IMG/VR virus record: IMGVR_UViG_3300044557_000104
Location: 54,437-118,436 of that record
Source: a virus
Lineage: Duplodnaviria > Caudoviricetes
DNA length: 64,000 nt
Direction: 5' to 3' (one strand)
Positions 11,001 through 19,961 of the stretch are shown here, piece by piece (positions within the stretch are counted from its first letter, which is position 1; the number at the start of each line of letters is the position of its first letter). The translations under genes and the position numbers were made by a program. The notes under the pieces are model-generated. The model did not search any database, was not told the DNA's origin, and worked only from the letters and a program-made list of their open reading frames with translations.

Positions 11001-14000
11001 GGGGACTGATGTTCCTAATGGTACTTGGGTTGATACAATTCCTACTATTCCATCAGGACAATATTTGTGGACAAGGACTACTATTACTTTAGATGATGGA
11101 ACTGCTAAAGTTGCTTATAGTGTATCTAGAGATGGTAAGGACGGATCTGATGGTAAAGATGGTGTAGCAGGTAAAGACGGTGTTGGTTTATCAAGCACAA
11201 CAGTAACTTACCAAGCAAGTGCTAATGGAAATACAGCACCAACGGGTACTTGGACTACTACAGTTCCTAATGTCCCTAAAGGACAGTACCTATGGACTAA
11301 AACAGTTTGGGCTTACTCAGATTCAACAAGTGAAACTGGATATAGTGTAGCTTATGTAGGTACAGATGGTAATGATGGTACAGATGGAGTTGCAGGTAAA
11401 GATGGTGTAGGTATTAAAACAACTACTATCACTTATGCGGTGTCAAGCTCTGGAACTACTGCACCAACAGAAAATTGGACTGCAACAATACCTGTAGCTA
11501 ACCCCGGACAATATGTATGGACTAAAACTGTTTGGACGTATACAGACAATACATCTGAAACAGGGTATAGTGTTGCTAAGTATGGTACCAATGGTGCTAA
11601 AGGTGCAGATGGGTCTGATGGTAAAGACGGTGTTGGTGTATCTGGATCAACAGTTACTTATCAAGTTTCAGACAATGGGACAACTGTTCCAGCAGGTGAT
11701 TGGGTAACTGCTATTCCAACAGTTCCAGCAGGTAAATTTCTCTGGACTAAGACAGTATTTAAATATACGGATAACACAAATAGCACTGCTTATAGTGTAT
11801 CCAGTGCTGGTACTAATGGTACTAACGGTAAAGATGGATCTGATGGTAAAGATGGGCGTGGAATTAAATCCTCTAGTATAGCTTATCAATTAAGTAACTC
11901 TGGGGTAACGATCCCAACAGGAACTTGGTTGAGTGCTCCTGCTGAACAAACAAATGCACAACCATATCTGTGGACTCAAACCACTGTTTCATACACAGAT
12001 AATACTAATTCAACTAGCTATTCTGTATCTCGTAAGGGTGATACTGGAGCAACTGGAGCTGCGGGTAAAACTTATTACACATGGATTAAGTATGCTACTG
12101 ATTCTAGTGGTTCTAATATAAGTGATTCACCAACGGGTATGACTTACATGGGATTAGCTTATAATAAGGAAACTGCTACTGAATCAAGTACGGCTACTGA
12201 TTATACATGGAGTTTAATTAAAGGTGCAGATGGTAAACCGGGTACCAATGGTACTAATGGTAAAGATGGGAAGACCTACTACTTCCACATTGCGTATGCT
12301 CAAAGTGCTGATGGCAAGACAGGATTTACTATTACACCAGATACTAAGGTTTCTTATAACTACATGGGTACTTATACAGATACTACTGCAACTGGGTCAA
12401 CCGATACTACTAAATACACATGGGTAGCAATGTTTGACTCAACTAAGAAACGTAACTTTACCACTCAACCAACCACGCCTTATGCAGTAGGTGATACTTG
12501 GATGCAATCAGGTGCTACTTATTTCTGTACAACAGCACGTAATAGTGGTGCTTTTACAGCTAGTGATTGGACTATGCAACAATTAACAATTCAGTCGCTG
12601 GATAGTAGTATCAAAGAAGGACTAAGTGGAAATAATATACTATTAGATACCCAGTATTTTAATAATAATGGTATATGGTTACCATTTTCTGGTACAGCGT
12701 CTAATGGTGAGTATCATTTTGTGTCAGCGATTCCTACAACAGACTTAGATTTTCTACAGCAAGCCGTTTCATTGGAGAGTGGTACAACATACACTTTCTC
12801 ATTTTATGCAAAAGGGACTACTAAGGTATCATGCTTTATTTACAACACGGGAACAACTAGTGATTATGCAGATAATTTTCATAAATTTAGTCTAACTTCT
12901 AGTTACCAGAGATTTACAATGACGTTCACTACTGGCAAGCCAATGGCTGAACAAATTCAACGTGTTTTATTCAGAAAAAGTAGTACCGATAACGAAGCAA
13001 TTGACATAACTATTAAAGAGATGAAGTTGGAAAAGGGTAGTGTGGCAACACCTTGGTGTTTATCACAATCAGAAATTACCACTAAAACAGGTGTTTATAA
13101 AGGTGTTACCCTTAATGATTCTGGATTAACTGCTACCGCTGGAAGTACAACGGTTGCTATGAACTCTACAGATGGCTTCCTTATTAAGAAGAATAGTGGA
13201 CAGGTATTTCACGTAGATACCGCTGGTAACTTGACTATGCAGGGTGACATTACTGCGGGTAACATTTCTGGGGTTAACTTTACTGGTAATACTCTTAATT
13301 TAAATACAACACTTGCTATTGGTGCCAATGGTGTTTTATCTGCTAATGGTGGAAAAACTGTTATTAATAATAGTGGACTAACTATTAAAGATGGTGGATT
13401 ATCAGTAGAGGATAGCAAGGGTAATCAGACCACTTATGTTGGTAGTGATGGTACATTTGTTACTAACAAGGGTGTTTTCTCTGGTGATGTTACTACTAAT
13501 AAGCTAATATTAAAGGGTAATGATTCTGATATTAATATGGGTGGTAAGTTTCATGTAGATAACGAGGGTAATTTAACTGCTAAATCTGCTACCTTAGCAG
13601 ATGGGACTATTAATTCATCAACTATCAATGGATCCGAATTTTTAGTTGGTAATGAGTATTACTCACCATTAGAGGGAAGTACACATAATGCACTATCTGC
13701 AACTAATATAGGACTAAGAACTGGAACTTCATTTTCTCGAAAAACTAATTTAGCCACTGTGTCTAATAGTATAAATGATAACTATTTATTAAAAACAGGT
13801 AATCCTATTAGGTTTGTAGGAAAAGGGGAGGCTGATAATGGTTCTGATACTAGTGCCACAAGTAGCACTAAACTTTATCAAGTAGTTAATAGTAATGTTT
13901 ACGGAAAATTGGTAACAATATCTGCAACTTATACCATAAGTAATGCGATACCTAGTAATGGTCGAATTCAGCTTCAACAATTTGGTGACCCTAATTGGTT

Positions 14001-16032
14001 CCAATACTGTATATTACCCGGAGGAACTTCCGCGGGAACACACACAATAACTCAGACTGTAACTCTTCCTACTGTTAGCAGTTCTAATACAGATAACTTA
14101 CGTTTCCGTGGAGAAACTAATAATTATACAGGTGATGTTATAATATCACATGTTAAACTTGAATTAGGATCAGAAGCAACACCATGGAATGCTAGTGAGT
14201 CTGATAATGAGGCTAATGCTCAAATATCGGGAATTCCTAATATAATCTCTCCCTTAACTGATGCTGATGATCTTTTATGGAAATCTTATGGTAATGCTGA
14301 ATTATATGGATTGAATAGTTATGATACTACACCCACTGCACAAACTATAGATGCTAGTTGGCCCTCTGATAAATATATTGTTCACGCATATAATGACTGG
14401 AGTGCTATGCGTTATACTAGTCCAAGTGGAGAGGTATTTAAAGCAGGTCAAACTTATACCGTTGCATTTAGAGCTAGAACTTATACAGGAACAAAAACTA
14501 CTGGTCTTACTTTTAGTGTATATGCACTCAGTACATCTACTGAAATAGCTCATATAATTAATCCAATAATTACTCCACAGTTTACATGGTATCAGGTATC
14601 ATTTACTTTAACCTCTGATATTCCTATTGATAATTTTAGAATTGAGCCTCACGGAGACTGGAGTGATACTGGTGGTTCTATATATTTATGTGATATGTCT
14701 ATAATTAAAGGAAATATTGTTTATGGTGTTGATTTGAGGTTTCCCTTTCAGATAACTTCACAAAATCCAACAGATATATCGGTAACACCTGTTACAATAG
14801 ATACACGTAATTTATCTAGTGGAAGAACCTTAATAATTACAACTGAGGTTTTATATAATAATAATTATAGTTCCATTGGGGGAACTATACAAGTACAAAT
14901 TGGGGACACAATAAAAAGCATACTTGCACAAAAATATTCTATTATAAATGGGTATGAAACATTTACTTATAGTATAGACTGGAATGATACTTATCAAGTA
15001 GGAAGTAATGTTCCTGTAACTTTACTTTTTTCGTCTTTGGAATCAGGAAATATTTTTGTAAACTATGTGAATGCATATTCTGTATCAACCACACTAGATA
15101 CTAATGCCCCTATTGCAGACTCGTATGGATATATTACTCCATATGGTGAGCTTAGACTAGGATATTCAACTACTAGCACTAATGCTGATAATAACAATAT
15201 GTTGTCTGATACTAGTACACTAAACTATTATGGGGGAATACTGAAACTAAATAGTACTAATTATGATACTATATCTGCTAAAGGTATTGACTATAGGACT
15301 GATGTAATATATGGTGGGTATACAACTAACGAGTATAATGGTGATACCTTCTACTCATCCTCTATAGATGCTTCAGGTTTATCCTATGTTAAAACCTCAG
15401 ATAATCCTAATATTACCTCTAAACAAGTTGCATGGGGCTGGGATGAAATTGCTAATAGTTCTCCTTCTGGTATTGGCATGGGCAAGGCTGAGGGAGCATA
15501 TTCATGGTTTGACACTAGAGACGGATTTGATGTATATCCTAATTTAATATCAAACAGTTCTTTCCTTAATAAGATAACCAATTGGAATATAAACAATGGA
15601 AAATTCTATTGGACAGGTAGTTCATTAAGTGATGGATGCTTTTGTGTAGAGTTTAATAATGGAGGAGGAGGAGATGATATGTGGCAGCATATTTATACTT
15701 TTCCTTCTGCCGGACATTATCTAACCTTATCATTTTGGGCTTTTTGCTGGGACTCTGACACATCAAACTATGGTAGCCACGGAATGCAATTAATTTTTGA
15801 ACAGTCTAATGGAAATAGTAATGCAGGTGCAACATTCAAAATGTATAAGCAGCCAGCAGCCCATAAGTGGACTAGATATAGTTTTTCCCCAATAGAGATA
15901 ACGAGTACAATGACATCAAATTTAGATCATTTATCTCTTATGTTCCATACTGATAACGCTAATGGTCATTGGACATTTGCTAGACCTATGTTAAATATAG
16001 GTAAGGATCCTAAACCATATAAATTTACTTAG
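8011..16032 (+). CDS. Giant mosaic central tail spike/fibre, probable receptor-binding protein
   Basis: 2673 aa; baseplate-type N-terminus, SKIANLAV 10-aa repeats, collagen-like GxDG tracts, repeated YLWTKT domains, several carbohydrate-binding-like modules ending KLEKGSVATPW. Confidence 0.8.
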   Translation: MANVIIPKSENPLRMQASLGGKNVFRSTSGLDGNSYLLSGTVSKVYYQKGTLDFKLDGSNIPVQVVEGDDGTFSAPIPVDFFGENSEGQTYGHYRPIQTGSKIVVAYLSGKLNNPIVIGVYPSDSASYELVGGISRNTQDDTQEDVQDEVLSEKHVYPSGQILYRAGSGDIAESLQGKSFRLIQQDSMGYMDDIWYTYDALGLFNDGNNDPITSKQTLAGSWLLVHEDNNQANDEADGHMTRFYVDPHGKFQMVFGNYNDASNLAVLEGSKDAGFTLTKFYDSNEPTDSSKDYVMMTLGDENKSIKFTASSEAESADQSSTLEVKSDDVYVNGKKLSDYINGVTNIDDALKNSDEYNSTKDKVNQATNDISELSKQTSEAGIVASQAAEQASQAGEAAAQAGVDAKAAGQAALDGANDIKNKIIYYTSISPESDGDNYIPGKFIHLTTTTLIDEGIIKNAYIENEAVDNSKIANLAVDSGKITDLAVTTSKIANLAVNSAQIADLAVTDAKVGTLSFDHMIGQTLDASQINVVNLKGESIEAGTIRADKLIINSLGEITSNLGSVTNGEINAGTDSSSSVVIKNLPADNPNEYTPQKKSDLKHQIAVVESQANAAISYGNSTGNDVTDVTKARDALLSGTSELLADMTATTSANADDISKLIKAVSDAVTAFQNTVNSSLSAKIGSTADGKNAIYTGTKAPASPHENDMWLKDNGDGTVNIQIYGSGAWYTPAQQAIQQVADKVDTLPKSYFSISMPTGTDYKDGDLWYKTTTDKDTNRIVYTAYKWNHDTNTWEPMLDQNSSKNYVGSEPASPLEGDFWMDNGVLKQYQSGTWTTIPTKGDDGVAGTTYYTHIAYANSADGKTDFSTTAFTGSIYIGLLSDTTQEDSTDPTKYTWSKMRGDDGTNGRDGIEGKPGADGKSTYVHFAYANSADGKTDFNVEYFSGALYVGTLTDTTQADSNTYTDYTWARLKGADGEAGANGNGIASTLIAYQVSTEGTDVPNGTWVDTIPTIPSGQYLWTRTTITLDDGTAKVAYSVSRDGKDGSDGKDGVAGKDGVGLSSTTVTYQASANGNTAPTGTWTTTVPNVPKGQYLWTKTVWAYSDSTSETGYSVAYVGTDGNDGTDGVAGKDGVGIKTTTITYAVSSSGTTAPTENWTATIPVANPGQYVWTKTVWTYTDNTSETGYSVAKYGTNGAKGADGSDGKDGVGVSGSTVTYQVSDNGTTVPAGDWVTAIPTVPAGKFLWTKTVFKYTDNTNSTAYSVSSAGTNGTNGKDGSDGKDGRGIKSSSIAYQLSNSGVTIPTGTWLSAPAEQTNAQPYLWTQTTVSYTDNTNSTSYSVSRKGDTGATGAAGKTYYTWIKYATDSSGSNISDSPTGMTYMGLAYNKETATESSTATDYTWSLIKGADGKPGTNGTNGKDGKTYYFHIAYAQSADGKTGFTITPDTKVSYNYMGTYTDTTATGSTDTTKYTWVAMFDSTKKRNFTTQPTTPYAVGDTWMQSGATYFCTTARNSGAFTASDWTMQQLTIQSLDSSIKEGLSGNNILLDTQYFNNNGIWLPFSGTASNGEYHFVSAIPTTDLDFLQQAVSLESGTTYTFSFYAKGTTKVSCFIYNTGTTSDYADNFHKFSLTSSYQRFTMTFTTGKPMAEQIQRVLFRKSSTDNEAIDITIKEMKLEKGSVATPWCLSQSEITTKTGVYKGVTLNDSGLTATAGSTTVAMNSTDGFLIKKNSGQVFHVDTAGNLTMQGDITAGNISGVNFTGNTLNLNTTLAIGANGVLSANGGKTVINNSGLTIKDGGLSVEDSKGNQTTYVGSDGTFVTNKGVFSGDVTTNKLILKGNDSDINMGGKFHVDNEGNLTAKSATLADGTINSSTINGSEFLVGNEYYSPLEGSTHNALSATNIGLRTGTSFSRKTNLATVSNSINDNYLLKTGNPIRFVGKGEADNGSDTSATSSTKLYQVVNSNVYGKLVTISATYTISNAIPSNGRIQLQQFGDPNWFQYCILPGGTSAGTHTITQTVTLPTVSSSNTDNLRFRGETNNYTGDVIISHVKLELGSEATPWNASESDNEANAQISGIPNIISPLTDADDLLWKSYGNAELYGLNSYDTTPTAQTIDASWPSDKYIVHAYNDWSAMRYTSPSGEVFKAGQTYTVAFRARTYTGTKTTGLTFSVYALSTSTEIAHIINPIITPQFTWYQVSFTLTSDIPIDNFRIEPHGDWSDTGGSIYLCDMSIIKGNIVYGVDLRFPFQITSQNPTDISVTPVTIDTRNLSSGRTLIITTEVLYNNNYSSIGGTIQVQIGDTIKSILAQKYSIINGYETFTYSIDWNDTYQVGSNVPVTLLFSSLESGNIFVNYVNAYSVSTTLDTNAPIADSYGYITPYGELRLGYSTTSTNADNNNMLSDTSTLNYYGGILKLNSTNYDTISAKGIDYRTDVIYGGYTTNEYNGDTFYSSSIDASGLSYVKTSDNPNITSKQVAWGWDEIANSSPSGIGMGKAEGAYSWFDTRDGFDVYPNLISNSSFLNKITNWNINNGKFYWTGSSLSDGCFCVEFNNGGGGDDMWQHIYTFPSAGHYLTLSFWAFCWDSDTSNYGSHGMQLIFEQSNGNSNAGATFKMYKQPAAHKWTRYSFSPIEITSTMTSNLDHLSLMFHTDNANGHWTFARPMLNIGKDPKPYKFT
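9406..9550 (+). repeat. ~30-nt (10-aa) coding tandem repeats (AVxxxKIANL)
   Basis: About 4.5 imperfect copies, e.g. aagattgctaatctagctgtt / aaaattgctaacttagctgtt. Confidence 0.75.
10530..12430 (+). repeat. Antireceptor-type domain repeats (4x YxHIAYA-S-DG type, 5x TITY-S-SG-T-P-G-W...YLWTKT type) separated by short collagen-like linkers
   Basis: Directly visible in the translation. Confidence 0.8.
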
Positions 16033-16043
16033 GAGGTGAGAAA

Positions 16044-16424
16044 ATGGGTGTTTCAGATTTAATTTCTCAAGTTACTAAAGGAAATAATGATGTAGTTTCT
16101 AAAAATGGAGAATCTATAAATTCATTATGGGATTCTATATCTCAAACTGTGCTATCAGATTTAGCCGACGCAGCAGCCAAGGTTCAGGGGGATAATAGTA
16201 TTGTTTCTACTCTTTATGTTAACTACGATAAATCCTCTTCAATATATACAGATTTAGACCAGATATGTTTGTTAAAGGCTGCTACCCCATCTGCATATGC
16301 ACTGGATGTTGACATATATAGGGATATTCATGTAGGATCTTATAAAGCAGATACTGATGTAAATGATTCTCACGAGTATATTACAGTTAGTTTAGCAATA
16401 TCCACAACAAATAAAGGAAGTTGA
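16044..16424 (+). CDS. Hypothetical tail-module protein
   Basis: Strong RBS AGGAGGTG; 126 aa. Confidence 0.6.
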   Translation: MGVSDLISQVTKGNNDVVSKNGESINSLWDSISQTVLSDLADAAAKVQGDNSIVSTLYVNYDKSSSIYTDLDQICLLKAATPSAYALDVDIYRDIHVGSYKADTDVNDSHEYITVSLAISTTNKGS

Positions 16425-16432
16425 AAATAACT

Positions 16433-16639
16433 ATGGAAAATAAAGATAATGAAAAATATGAAGTAAATACAGAAGCTCTTTTAAATTCATATCGTGGAAA
16501 ATATTTAGAGGAGGTTGATAAAGTTGCCAAGCTCGATGGCGCACTTATATATGCAAAAGCCAAACAAAGTATGTTAGAAGATACTTTGTCTAAATATAAG
16601 GATAAATACGGGGACATTAACAAAGAAGAGGATGAATAG
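16433..16639 (+). CDS. Small coiled-coil hypothetical protein
   Basis: ORF 16421..16639, ATG 16433 favoured; typical small gene following phage fibres. Confidence 0.55.
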   Translation: MENKDNEKYEVNTEALLNSYRGKYLEEVDKVAKLDGALIYAKAKQSMLEDTLSKYKDKYGDINKEEDE

Positions 16640-16641
16640 CT

Positions 16642-17250
16642 ATGGCAATGGCAGATGGTAGATACTACCTAGATCGAATTGCACTAGAGATACAAGAAGC
16701 TGGTGCTACTGTTGCAGTTTATAAGTTTGCGGTTAACCCCCAACAGATTCAGGATACTACTCCATCTCGTACCTATGTGCAGGAAACTGCTACTGCTGGT
16801 ACAGTTCAACGGTTCGGTGCAGGTGTAGAAGCCTTCACCATTACTGGGACTACTGGGTGGAGACATGGTAAGGGTTTTGATGAAATTAATCAGCTTAAAG
16901 AGTTTGTTGGCTCTTATATGAATGAGTTCTCAGATAATATTGCTAAAGACTATACTTTCTTATTTCATAATTACACACAAGGCTATGATTATGTAGTGGA
17001 CTTTGCACAGGAAGGTATCTCATTCTCCCAAGATGTTGCTAAGCCTTTATTTACTAACTACACGCTCCAATTGATTGTAGTTCGTCAAGCAGATCAAGCA
17101 TCTTCCGGTGAGATTAGTAATACTACACTAGGTAATGACGCATCTTCCTTGGGTGGTGGAACATCATCTAATGGGTACGTTAACCCTAATGTTTCTACTA
17201 AGGCAACATCATTAGCATATAATCAAATCTCATCTTCACTAGGATCCTAA
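16642..17250 (+). CDS. Baseplate/tail tube initiator-like virion protein
   Basis: MAMADG start, YKFAVNPQ and TITGTTG motifs recalled from Herelleviridae tail proteins; synteny. Confidence 0.6.
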   Translation: MAMADGRYYLDRIALEIQEAGATVAVYKFAVNPQQIQDTTPSRTYVQETATAGTVQRFGAGVEAFTITGTTGWRHGKGFDEINQLKEFVGSYMNEFSDNIAKDYTFLFHNYTQGYDYVVDFAQEGISFSQDVAKPLFTNYTLQLIVVRQADQASSGEISNTTLGNDASSLGGGTSSNGYVNPNVSTKATSLAYNQISSSLGS

Positions 17251-17265
17251 AGGTGGTGAAACCTA

Positions 17266-17775
17266 TTGAATTATGCCGTTGGCTTATATCTAACTTATCC
17301 CCAATATGATAGTGGACGAAACCTAATAATTTCAGAAACTGAATACAATGCTGATTTTACTAATGAGGATAAGCAACCAGAGTTAAAGATATCTAAGTTA
17401 GCCTATAACTATTGGAAAACTAATATTTATACTAATGAATTAACATTTACACAATTAGATAACCATTATATTATTAAGCAGTTCCTAGAATCAGATATAA
17501 TGTCATCTCACCCCGGATATGACCGGGTGATAAAAATGTGTATGTTAGAGTTATCTGCACTCCAATATTGTATGGCAAATAACACTGCTGATATTGAGTA
17601 TATGTCTACCTCAGATATGGATCGAATTAAATCTAATTTAGAGATCATGTGTGATTATCTAGCAAATTATGATAAGTATCAAAAGTTTGTACCACGATTA
17701 AGAGAGTTTGAAGTATCAATTGGATATCTTCGTAACCAGCTCTACTTTATCTCAACCGCCACAAATTATCGTTAG
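17266..17775 (+). CDS. Conserved tail-module hypothetical protein
   Basis: RBS AGGTGG, TTG start; synteny. Confidence 0.55.
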   Translation: MNYAVGLYLTYPQYDSGRNLIISETEYNADFTNEDKQPELKISKLAYNYWKTNIYTNELTFTQLDNHYIIKQFLESDIMSSHPGYDRVIKMCMLELSALQYCMANNTADIEYMSTSDMDRIKSNLEIMCDYLANYDKYQKFVPRLREFEVSIGYLRNQLYFISTATNYR

Positions 17776-17781
17776 ACCACA

Positions 17782-17826
17782 GAATGTGTCCAACTCCTAT
17801 AAGAGGCTGGGCATTTTTCTATATTA
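17782..17826 (+). terminator. Terminator hairpin with abutting CTATATTA motif
   Basis: AATGTGTCCAACTC...GAGGCTGGGCATTTTT then CTATATTA. Confidence 0.6.
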
Positions 17827-17885
17827 AAGATAGAGTTGATAAATCAGAATTGTAGTATAATAAGTATATGGAGGTGTAACCACAA

Positions 17886-18590
17886 GTGTCAATTTATCGT
17901 AAGTATTTAATTAAACAAGGTGATACTATTCAAAATGTCGCCTTTATTATGCTTAATGATATAGACCGTTGGGAAGATATTGTAACCCTTAACGATCTAG
18001 AATATCCATATATTGTGCAGACTAATGCAGAACGTATGAAAAACCCCGAACACCTCCGGACATTAGGTGATGAGGTTTTAATCCCTAATGATGGGGTAAC
18101 ACTAGAAGAGATAGAAAAACGCAATTTAACCTTGTCTAATAAAGGACGAATTGCAAATAACTACTATGATATGACTATGGGAATGGATATGTATTTAGAT
18201 GTATCCAAAGGTGATCGAAGAGAGTTTATTGGACAGCTAGTTGGTAACAACCGAGATGTAGCTACTGTAACTGGAATTAATAATTTAAGACAAAGTTTAG
18301 TATTACGTCTATTAACTCGTTATGGGACTCTTTATCGACACCCTAACTATGGGTCACGAATCCCTAATTATATAGGAAAACCAATTGAATCAAATACCTT
18401 ACAGGATATAACCACGGAAGCTAAGCGTACCATTACAACAGATGAGCGTGTTAAAACAGTTAAGATTGCCCAAGCAATTGCAGATGGAGACACAATCTAT
18501 ATGGAGTTCTATATTACCCCGTTGAATGAAGACGAAGCCTTTACCTTATTCCTGTATCGAGCAGAGGACGGTGATATTCACATTGAGTAA
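17886..18590 (+). CDS. Baseplate wedge protein (LysM-like N-terminus + gp25-like domain)
   Basis: IKQGDTIQ...W..I..LNDLEYPYI; G..NLRQSL..RLLT..GTL..HPNYGS. Confidence 0.85.
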   Translation: MSIYRKYLIKQGDTIQNVAFIMLNDIDRWEDIVTLNDLEYPYIVQTNAERMKNPEHLRTLGDEVLIPNDGVTLEEIEKRNLTLSNKGRIANNYYDMTMGMDMYLDVSKGDRREFIGQLVGNNRDVATVTGINNLRQSLVLRLLTRYGTLYRHPNYGSRIPNYIGKPIESNTLQDITTEAKRTITTDERVKTVKIAQAIADGDTIYMEFYITPLNEDEAFTLFLYRAEDGDIHIE

Positions 18591-19950
18591 TGATCTTTTA
18601 AATGTATCTACAGATGATAATGAAATGACTTATAAGAAAGCATCTCAAGTCTTATCTAGTCTGATTGATGATACATTAATTAACACAGATAAAATTAATG
18701 ATTTTACAGAAGGTAGTATCTCACGAACCCTATATGAAGCAGAAGCTACTGAATTAGAAATGCTTTATTATTTAACTCGTGAGAACATGAAGACTGCAAT
18801 TGATAAGTCAGTCCTTACTAGTTTTGGTTTTGAACCAAAGAAAGCTACTTATGCTTATGGCAATGTCCGTGTGTCATTTAATAATCCTTTAGCTAATACG
18901 ATATACTTACCTAAAGGAACTATTTTTACTAGTAGTCAAGACATTTATGACCAACGTTATGTCACCATGGACGAGTATAAGATTCCTAAGGGTACAGGAG
19001 CGTTTGAGGTTCCAGTGTACTGTACTGAAACAGGTACCTATGGAAATGTACCAGAGGGTGTTATAGACACCACCAGCAGTATGTCAGGTATCTCTGAGGT
19101 AACTAACCCACAATCGTTCTTGACTGGTACTGATAATGAGACCAGTGCAGATATGAAAGTAAGATTCCGTGACATGCTCCAAGCGTTAAATCGTGGGACT
19201 ACTCAATCATTAAAGAATGCAGTTATGAATGTAGAAGGTATTGCTGGTTGTTACGTCTATGAATCTACCTATGGTGCAGTTGGGATTTATTGCCATGATA
19301 ATAATGGTGACCTAAGTACAGATTTACAAAAAGCAGTTGCTAACGCTCTAGTAGATTGGCGACCGGCAGGTATTCGAGTTTATGTATTCCCAACTCATAA
19401 ATCTATTGTTCAAGCCCAGATTGGAATTTCAGTATCTGATATCGGTCTAGAAGACCCCAACTTTCTTACTATGGTTAAGCAAAAGATTGAAGCTTATATT
19501 AATAGTTTGAGCGTGGGAGTATCAATTTATAAAAGTGACCTAATTCAGAAAGTAATGGATATTAGTGATTTAGGAATTGTAAACTGTACCATGGATTTAT
19601 CAGTTACCCCAGATGAAGCTCTATTAGATAAACAATACATTGGTGATGAAACTGTTATTAATGTTAAGGGTGTAGAAGTTAATCAAAAGTATTTACGAGC
19701 ACCTGATATTACTAATGATGCCACGTATGGTATGGTAGGGGTCACAAACACCAATATAGATGATTATGGCAAGGTTAGCTATAAAGATGCCAATGTAATT
19801 AAAAATGGCACCACGACTACTTTAGACCCTGTGGTGGTAACAGACCATTACAATACTAATCCCAATGAGATTTTACGTGCAGGAACTATTACAGTTAACT
19901 TGTTAACTACTAATGACACAACCCTAGATGATAATGAAACAGGAAAGTAG
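18583..19950 (+). CDS. Baseplate J-like wedge protein
   Basis: DFTEGSISRTLYEA, GTYGNVP, GTDNET, RPAGI motifs; TTG 18583 favoured by RBS. Confidence 0.85.
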   Translation: MSNDLLNVSTDDNEMTYKKASQVLSSLIDDTLINTDKINDFTEGSISRTLYEAEATELEMLYYLTRENMKTAIDKSVLTSFGFEPKKATYAYGNVRVSFNNPLANTIYLPKGTIFTSSQDIYDQRYVTMDEYKIPKGTGAFEVPVYCTETGTYGNVPEGVIDTTSSMSGISEVTNPQSFLTGTDNETSADMKVRFRDMLQALNRGTTQSLKNAVMNVEGIAGCYVYESTYGAVGIYCHDNNGDLSTDLQKAVANALVDWRPAGIRVYVFPTHKSIVQAQIGISVSDIGLEDPNFLTMVKQKIEAYINSLSVGVSIYKSDLIQKVMDISDLGIVNCTMDLSVTPDEALLDKQYIGDETVINVKGVEVNQKYLRAPDITNDATYGMVGVTNTNIDDYGKVSYKDANVIKNGTTTTLDPVVVTDHYNTNPNEILRAGTITVNLLTTNDTTLDDNETGK

Positions 19951-19961
19951 GTGATATCTAA

